Below are positions 59,256-64,000 of a stretch of 64,000 nucleotides of DNA, one piece after another. A program made the position numbers and the translations under genes. Location: NCBI GenBank assembly GCA_965552055.1, contig CBEVQO010000002.1, positions 192,001-256,000 of the forward strand. Reading direction: 5' to 3'. The first letter of the stretch is position 1; every line of letters starts with the position of its first letter. This stretch comes from an uncultured bacterium (GTDB taxonomy: Bacteria > Hydrothermota > UBA3073 > NMUJ01 > CBEVQO01). The notes below the pieces were generated by a model that saw only the letters and a program-made list of their open reading frames with translations, was not told the DNA's origin and ran no database searches.

Positions 59256-59583
59256 AATTTTACCATTCTTATGGAGCGCAGTTATTCTCACTTTCTCTTC
59301 ACTCCCGCATATTGAAATCCCTGGTCCCGAATTTAATTTAAAAGACAAATTAGGGCATTTCGCAGAGTATGCGATTCTGGGATATTTAATGATTTTAAGT
59401 AGATGGAAGAAAAAGGTTTATTTTGCCTGGGGACTGTGCTTACCCGCTTTTGACGAATTGCATCAACTTTTTATACCCGGGAGGGAAGCAGATATTTTTG
59501 ATTTCCTATTTGATATTCTTGGAATTTTTGTTATCTATTCTTTTTTCTTATGTGTGCGGAGCCAGCGTATTACTTCATCGTAA
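59236..59583 (+). CDS. VanZ-family membrane protein
   Basis: DKLGHFAEYAILG, DELHQLFIPGR, DFLFD..G; start uncertain (GTG 59236). Confidence 0.8.
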   Translation: MSAKGSRILPFLWSAVILTFSSLPHIEIPGPEFNLKDKLGHFAEYAILGYLMILSRWKKKVYFAWGLCLPAFDELHQLFIPGREADIFDFLFDILGIFVIYSFFLCVRSQRITSS

Positions 59584-61244
59584 GGCAAAGTATTAAGGAC
59601 ATCTCCCTTCGATAACCAGCCTCTTCTCGCAGTTCCTATCCCATATCTTATAAATCTCATCATGCCGAGATTATGAGCATCCGAACCTATCATTATCATA
59701 ACGCCAGCTTCTTTTGCTTTTCTCGCATTTATATCGTTTAAATCAAGGCGATCAGGGTAAGCATTTATCTCAAGAGCGGTATTTGTCTCTTTTGCTTTTT
59801 TAATCACAGCATCTATATCTACCTGATAACCTGCTCTTTGTGATATTAATCTACCTGTAGGATGGGCAATTACATCAATATAAGGATGCTCACATAACCA
59901 GAATATAACATCTGTCATATCACGCTTAGCAGAAGTATGAATACCTGCTATGACCAAATCCATTTTCTTCAAATATTCGACAGGAATATCTATTTCTTTT
60001 TCCCTGATCTCAAGTTCTATTCCTTTCAAAATTTTTATACCTACTTCTTTTTCCACTCTTTCAATCTCTTCCCATTGTTTTTCCAATCTTTCGGGTGTTA
60101 TTCCATGGGCATATTTTGCTGATGCAGAGTGGTCTGTTATTGCAATATATTCGTAGCCCATTTCTTTTGCGAACTCGGCAATCTCTTTTATAGTGGCTGT
60201 GCCATCAGAATAACGAGAATGAATATGAAGGTCTCCTCTTAAATCATTATAATCTATCAAATCAGGAACTTTTCTGTGCTGTTGAGCATACTCTATTTCG
60301 CCTCTGTCTTCTCTTATCTCCGGTGGTATCCACGGCAAGTCGAAGACACCATAAACTTCTTCTTCCGTAAGACCCGCTATCTTCTCTTCTCCTCTGAATA
60401 CACCATATTCGCTAACTTTCAAATTCTGAGATTTTGCTATTGTCCTCAACTTTATATTATGGGCTTTTGAACCGGTAAAATATTGAAGAGCAGCACCAAA
60501 ACTTTCTTCAGGTACTATTCTCAAATCAACCTGATAACCGCCCTTTACAATTATTGAGCCCTTTGTTGTGCCTTTTGCAAGAACTTTTTGAACATCAGGG
60601 AATTTACAAAATTTCTCGATTATTTTTTCACCATCTTTTGCAGTAGCTAATACATCAATATCACCAACCGTTTCTTTCATCCTTCTAAGGGAACCTGCAG
60701 GTGCTATCTGGTTTACATCTTCCTTTAAATATTCAATTATCTTTTCAACAAGCGGAAGTGCAATACTTATCGGTATTCTTTCTGCCCTTTGTTTAAATAT
60801 TTTTAAGCCTTCCTTTATATTTTCTACTTTTTTCTGTCCCATACCCGGTAAACGAGCAAGCGAACCATCTTCTATTACTCTTTCGAGGTCCTTTAGTGTC
60901 TTTACTCCAAGTTTATCATACGCGAGTTTCAAAGTACGCGGACCCAACGATTGCACATCCATAAGCTCAAGCAATTCTTCGGGTACACCCTGCATCGCTT
61001 CCTCATATTTTTTCATCCTACCTGTTCTTAAGTATTCGTCTATTTTCTTGGCAATACCTTCACCTATCCCCGGTATCTCACGCAGTTTGCCTTTCTTCCA
61101 AACTTCTTCAATATCAACCGTCAAATCCTTAATCACCCTTGATGCCTTTTTGTAAGCAAGTACTTTAAACTGATTCTCGCCTTTAAACTCCAGTGCTTTA
61201 CCTATTTTTTCAAATATTTCTGCTAACTCTTTATTTTTGCTCAT
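59535..61244 (-). CDS. polX: DNA polymerase X / PHP 3'-5' exonuclease
   Basis: IPGIGEG, AGSLRR.KETVGDID, QYFTGSKAHN, DLHIHS.YSDG, HPTGR, SDAH. Confidence 0.95.
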   Translation of the reverse strand: MSKNKELAEIFEKIGKALEFKGENQFKVLAYKKASRVIKDLTVDIEEVWKKGKLREIPGIGEGIAKKIDEYLRTGRMKKYEEAMQGVPEELLELMDVQSLGPRTLKLAYDKLGVKTLKDLERVIEDGSLARLPGMGQKKVENIKEGLKIFKQRAERIPISIALPLVEKIIEYLKEDVNQIAPAGSLRRMKETVGDIDVLATAKDGEKIIEKFCKFPDVQKVLAKGTTKGSIIVKGGYQVDLRIVPEESFGAALQYFTGSKAHNIKLRTIAKSQNLKVSEYGVFRGEEKIAGLTEEEVYGVFDLPWIPPEIREDRGEIEYAQQHRKVPDLIDYNDLRGDLHIHSRYSDGTATIKEIAEFAKEMGYEYIAITDHSASAKYAHGITPERLEKQWEEIERVEKEVGIKILKGIELEIREKEIDIPVEYLKKMDLVIAGIHTSAKRDMTDVIFWLCEHPYIDVIAHPTGRLISQRAGYQVDIDAVIKKAKETNTALEINAYPDRLDLNDINARKAKEAGVMIMIGSDAHNLGMMRFIRYGIGTARRGWLSKGDVLNTLPYDEVIRWLRTHKKKE

Positions 61245-61253
61245 TTCAATTCA

Positions 61254-61487
61254 TCATAAAGGATTAGCCAGAGATGTCCTGGGGGTAGCGCAATCAGTAA
61301 ACTGTAGTATGAAATTCAGTGCTGTTTGTTCATCAGGAGCTTCATAGATTATTATGAAGTCAGGCTTGCCGAATAACTGCATTTTGTATTTTATCACAAC
61401 ATTCTCAGGGACCTTTGGATTCCTCATTTTATATATCATCTCGTCTGCCTTACCTGGTATTATATCAAATTGTGTCATGAATAACAT
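61254..61487 (-). CDS. Small ferredoxin-like-fold protein (GYD/DUF3303-like)
   Basis: LFGKPDFIIIYEAPDE motif. Confidence 0.5.
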   Translation of the reverse strand: MLFMTQFDIIPGKADEMIYKMRNPKVPENVVIKYKMQLFGKPDFIIIYEAPDEQTALNFILQFTDCATPRTSLANPL

Positions 61488-61488
61488 T

Positions 61489-62382
61489 TTACCCCCCTTT
61501 TCCAAACATTTCTACATATTTTTGTAACTCCTCATAATTTCTGTTCACCCACTCCTGAAATTCTTTTATTTCTTTCTCACCCCAATGTTTAAATCTCCCC
61601 TGTAATTTTATGTATTCCTCAACGGGTTTTCCTTTTCCCTTTATCGTTATCCTCCATTTACCATCTTCCACTTCTATTAGAGGGAAAATATTGCACTCAA
61701 CTGCTAATCTTGCAACTTTTATGGTGTAATCCGGACGCATCTTCCAGCCAGTAGGACAGGGTGCGTAAACCAGTATAAATTTTAAGCCCTTCTTTTCTTT
61801 TGCTTTCTTTATTTTTCTCACAAAATCTTCTGGATATGCAACATTCACTGTAGCAGCATAGGGTATTTTGTGGGCTACCATTATTTTGAATAGGTCCTTT
61901 TTAGGGTCTTCTTTTGGAAAGCGATAAGGAGTCGTTGTCGTCCATGCACCTTTCGGTGTAGCAGAACTTCTCTGTATTCCGGTATTCATATATGCTTCAT
62001 TATCGTAGCAAATATAAAATATATCCTCGCGACGCTCAGCAGCACCCGATAATGCCTGAATACCTATGTCATAAGTACCTCCATCACCTGCCCACGCAAC
62101 AACCTGTGTCTCCGTATCTCCTTTCATCAGCAAAGCATTTTTCACACCCGATGCAACAGAAGCAGCAGCCTCAAAAGCACAGTGCAAAATCGGAACCCCA
62201 TAAGAAGAATATGGAAAAGGACCATCTATCACGGTGCAACAGCATGCAGGTATCACGAGAACCGTTTTCTTTCCGAGTGCCTTAAGGGTGTAGCGTAAAG
62301 CAAGAGTAGCTCCACAGCCCCAGCATGCAAGATGCCCAGGATTCATTATCTCTTCTTCCGGAATTGTTAATTTTACACTCAT
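61489..62382 (-). CDS. porB: 2-oxoacid (pyruvate/ketoisovalerate):ferredoxin oxidoreductase beta subunit
   Basis: GHLACWGCG, AGDGGTYDIG, YDNEAYMNTGIQRS, APCPTGW. Confidence 0.93.
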   Translation of the reverse strand: MSVKLTIPEEEIMNPGHLACWGCGATLALRYTLKALGKKTVLVIPACCCTVIDGPFPYSSYGVPILHCAFEAAASVASGVKNALLMKGDTETQVVAWAGDGGTYDIGIQALSGAAERREDIFYICYDNEAYMNTGIQRSSATPKGAWTTTTPYRFPKEDPKKDLFKIMVAHKIPYAATVNVAYPEDFVRKIKKAKEKKGLKFILVYAPCPTGWKMRPDYTIKVARLAVECNIFPLIEVEDGKWRITIKGKGKPVEEYIKLQGRFKHWGEKEIKEFQEWVNRNYEELQKYVEMFGKGG

Positions 62383-62789
62383 TTTGCCTCCACTTTTACT
62401 TGGCTTTCAATAAACTTTGCTACTGCTTTCAAAAGGGGACGGAAATCATCCCTTAGCCCCCTTATCTCATCAACAAGCAGTTTCACAACTTCACATGTTC
62501 TCTCACTGGCTACCGCCGCCCTTTCAGATGCTGTAGCAGCTCTCTCCGCCGATTCAGCAGCTCCCTGTGCCGCCACAGCAGCCTTCTCCGCCGCCACAGC
62601 TGCCCTCGCACCCGCCTCAGCAGCACGCTCCGCTGCCATAACTGCTCCCTCACTCGCATTTATTGATTGTATCGTAAGTAAAAGCTGTAAGTCGCTCTTC
62701 GTTAACTCGCTTTCCTTCTTACCTATCTTCTTTAACATATCTTTCAATACAGGATACAGATTTATTATTGTCCCTACATCGAGTGCCAT
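62379..62789 (-). CDS. Ala-rich heptad-repeat hypothetical protein
   Basis: AAERAAE/ASERAAV 7-aa repeats; own TTGACA-N15-TATAAT promoter (62828-62802). Confidence 0.7.
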   Translation of the reverse strand: MALDVGTIINLYPVLKDMLKKIGKKESELTKSDLQLLLTIQSINASEGAVMAAERAAEAGARAAVAAEKAAVAAQGAAESAERAATASERAAVASERTCEVVKLLVDEIRGLRDDFRPLLKAVAKFIESQVKVEAK

Positions 62790-62829
62790 CTCCCTCTATT
62801 TATTTTATACATTTTACTCATTTGTCAAC

Positions 62830-63144
62830 TCATTTTATCAAAATCCCTTCACAAAGACCTTTCTTTAACAAATACTTACTGTCTTTCCATTTTTCAAATT
62901 CGTCTGTAGTATAACAAAAAGGCATTAAAAATTCTTCCTCATCCCAAAATTTATAAACAAAACTCATCCTATCGGGAAATTTCATACCCTTAAAATCATC
63001 CGAAACTATTATTACATCAATATCGGAGTGTTTAAAATAATCTCCACGAGCCCTCGAACCTATCATTATCATTTTTTCAATCTTTATATCCTTCTCCAAA
63101 TTTTTCTTTAAAGTTTTTAACTTCTCAAACGCCCTTCTATCCAT
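62830..63144 (-). CDS. Minimal nucleotidyltransferase (MNT) antitoxin
   Basis: IGSRARGD..HSDIDVIIVS. Confidence 0.88.
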   Translation of the reverse strand: MDRRAFEKLKTLKKNLEKDIKIEKMIMIGSRARGDYFKHSDIDVIIVSDDFKGMKFPDRMSFVYKFWDEEEFLMPFCYTTDEFEKWKDSKYLLKKGLCEGILIK

Positions 63145-63497
63145 TTCAAAATTTTCTCACCCTCTTTTATCCTTTCTTCAGCTTTCTCTTTATCATAAAT
63201 CTCATAAGGAATGCTATTTGCAGCATTTGGATATCTCGTCATAACATAATCAGGCGTTATATCCCTCAAAATATCAATAAGCTCTTCATTAAGCCCAAGT
63301 TCTTTACCCAATCTCACAAGATTATGAGACTTCGGGAGTTCTCCTTTTTCTTTCAAATAAAGTGCTTTCAAAGCTTTCTCAATTGACTGCTCAACCTGAA
63401 AACATGCCCATTCATAATCACCTGATGATAAACTGTGTCTCGCAGCTTCTAAATCCCTTTTCGACTGCTCCCACCACGCCTGTATCTCCTCCCTCAT
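63117..63497 (-). CDS. HEPN-domain protein
   Basis: DLEAA, YEWACF..EQSIEKALKA, SHNL, Y..TRYP. Confidence 0.88.
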   Translation of the reverse strand: MREEIQAWWEQSKRDLEAARHSLSSGDYEWACFQVEQSIEKALKALYLKEKGELPKSHNLVRLGKELGLNEELIDILRDITPDYVMTRYPNAANSIPYEIYDKEKAEERIKEGEKILKWIEGRLRS

Positions 63498-64000
63498 CCC
63501 ACTTCAAGATAATGAATTTTCCTGCCTGTTTTCTCAGAAATAAGAGTTTCAAAACTTTTGCCTTCATGCTCTTTCTTAACACCTACCCATACTAAATCCT
63601 CAGGTTCTTCAGATTTTAAAGTATAATCAACAATTTGCTCAAGTGTCTTCAAAGTAACATCCCTGCCACCAAGTCCCGCTACAAATCCCCACACAGGTGG
63701 TCTCATATCACTGTTATAAAGAGAAGATTTCACCTCTTCAAAGAAAATACCACATTGACCAAAGGAAATATTCCTGTCAATAACAGCTACTTTTTTTGCA
63801 CCGGAAAGAATATCTCTTACTTCTTCAACAGGAAAAGGTCTAAATACCCTTATTTTTAAATTGCCAATTTTAATTCCCTTTTCCCTTAAAATATCCACCA
63901 TATATTTCATCGTGCCAGCAATAGTGCCAGATGTAACAGTAATAATATCTGCATCCTCACATTTATAAGCTTCGGTAAGCCCATAGTATCTGCCAAAAAG
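63494..64000 (-). CDS. porA: 2-oxoacid:ferredoxin oxidoreductase alpha subunit (C-terminal part, runs off window)
   Basis: GRYYGL.EAY.CEDA, IRVFRPFP, VIDRNISFG, GLGGRD. Confidence 0.9.
   Translation of the reverse strand, partial: LFGRYYGLTEAYKCEDADIITVTSGTIAGTMKYMVDILREKGIKIGNLKIRVFRPFPVEEVRDILSGAKKVAVIDRNISFGQCGIFFEEVKSSLYNSDMRPPVWGFVAGLGGRDVTLKTLEQIVDYTLKSEEPEDLVWVGVKKEHEGKSFETLISEKTGRKIHYLEVG

Noticed and set aside
8238..63859. Numerous 60-190 aa antisense/overlapping ORFs in the track (e.g. 10880-11449, 47403-47795, 52285-52653)
   Set aside because: They overlap well-supported conserved genes and have no independent motifs
1..64000. Alternative genetic code or selenocysteine readthrough
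   Set aside because: Conserved genes are full length under the standard code and TGA serves as a normal stop

Overview
AT-rich bacterial chromosome segment, most consistent with an anaerobic, probably thermophilic, diderm of the FCB superphylum such as candidate division WOR-3. This assignment is inferred from FlgD-Ig/T9SS-like C-terminal domains, lptCAB, a Na+-type V-ATPase and archaeal-like accessory genes. Contents in order: an RHH/RelE-like pair; a Fur-boxed metal-cluster module (CoA-disulfide reductase-like flavoprotein, Trp-rich DUF5320-like microproteins, NifB/NifX protein, two MBL hydrolases, two Fe-S MinD-like ATPases, Fur); a partial V-ATPase operon (H-I-K-E-C-F) interrupted by a PaREP1/HEPN-like gene; purD and purH around an accessory block; three very large secreted modular proteins (adhesin-like, clostripain-containing, 14-repeat FG-GAP); hutU; EF-G2 to dprA; an rplD-to-rpsM ribosomal cluster lacking rpsJ/rplC and the alpha genes; lptCAB-rpoN; polX; and a 2-oxoacid:ferredoxin oxidoreductase operon interrupted by HEPN-MNT. 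Two observations stand out. First, the Zn-type ribosomal protein uS14 carries a ~40-aa insertion closely resembling sigma-70 region 3. Second, near-consensus sigma-70 promoters across the window almost always have a 15-bp rather than 17-bp spacer and often appear to drive leaderless genes. No rRNA, tRNA, CRISPR array or transposase was recognised. All family assignments are from motif recognition by eye, not database searches.
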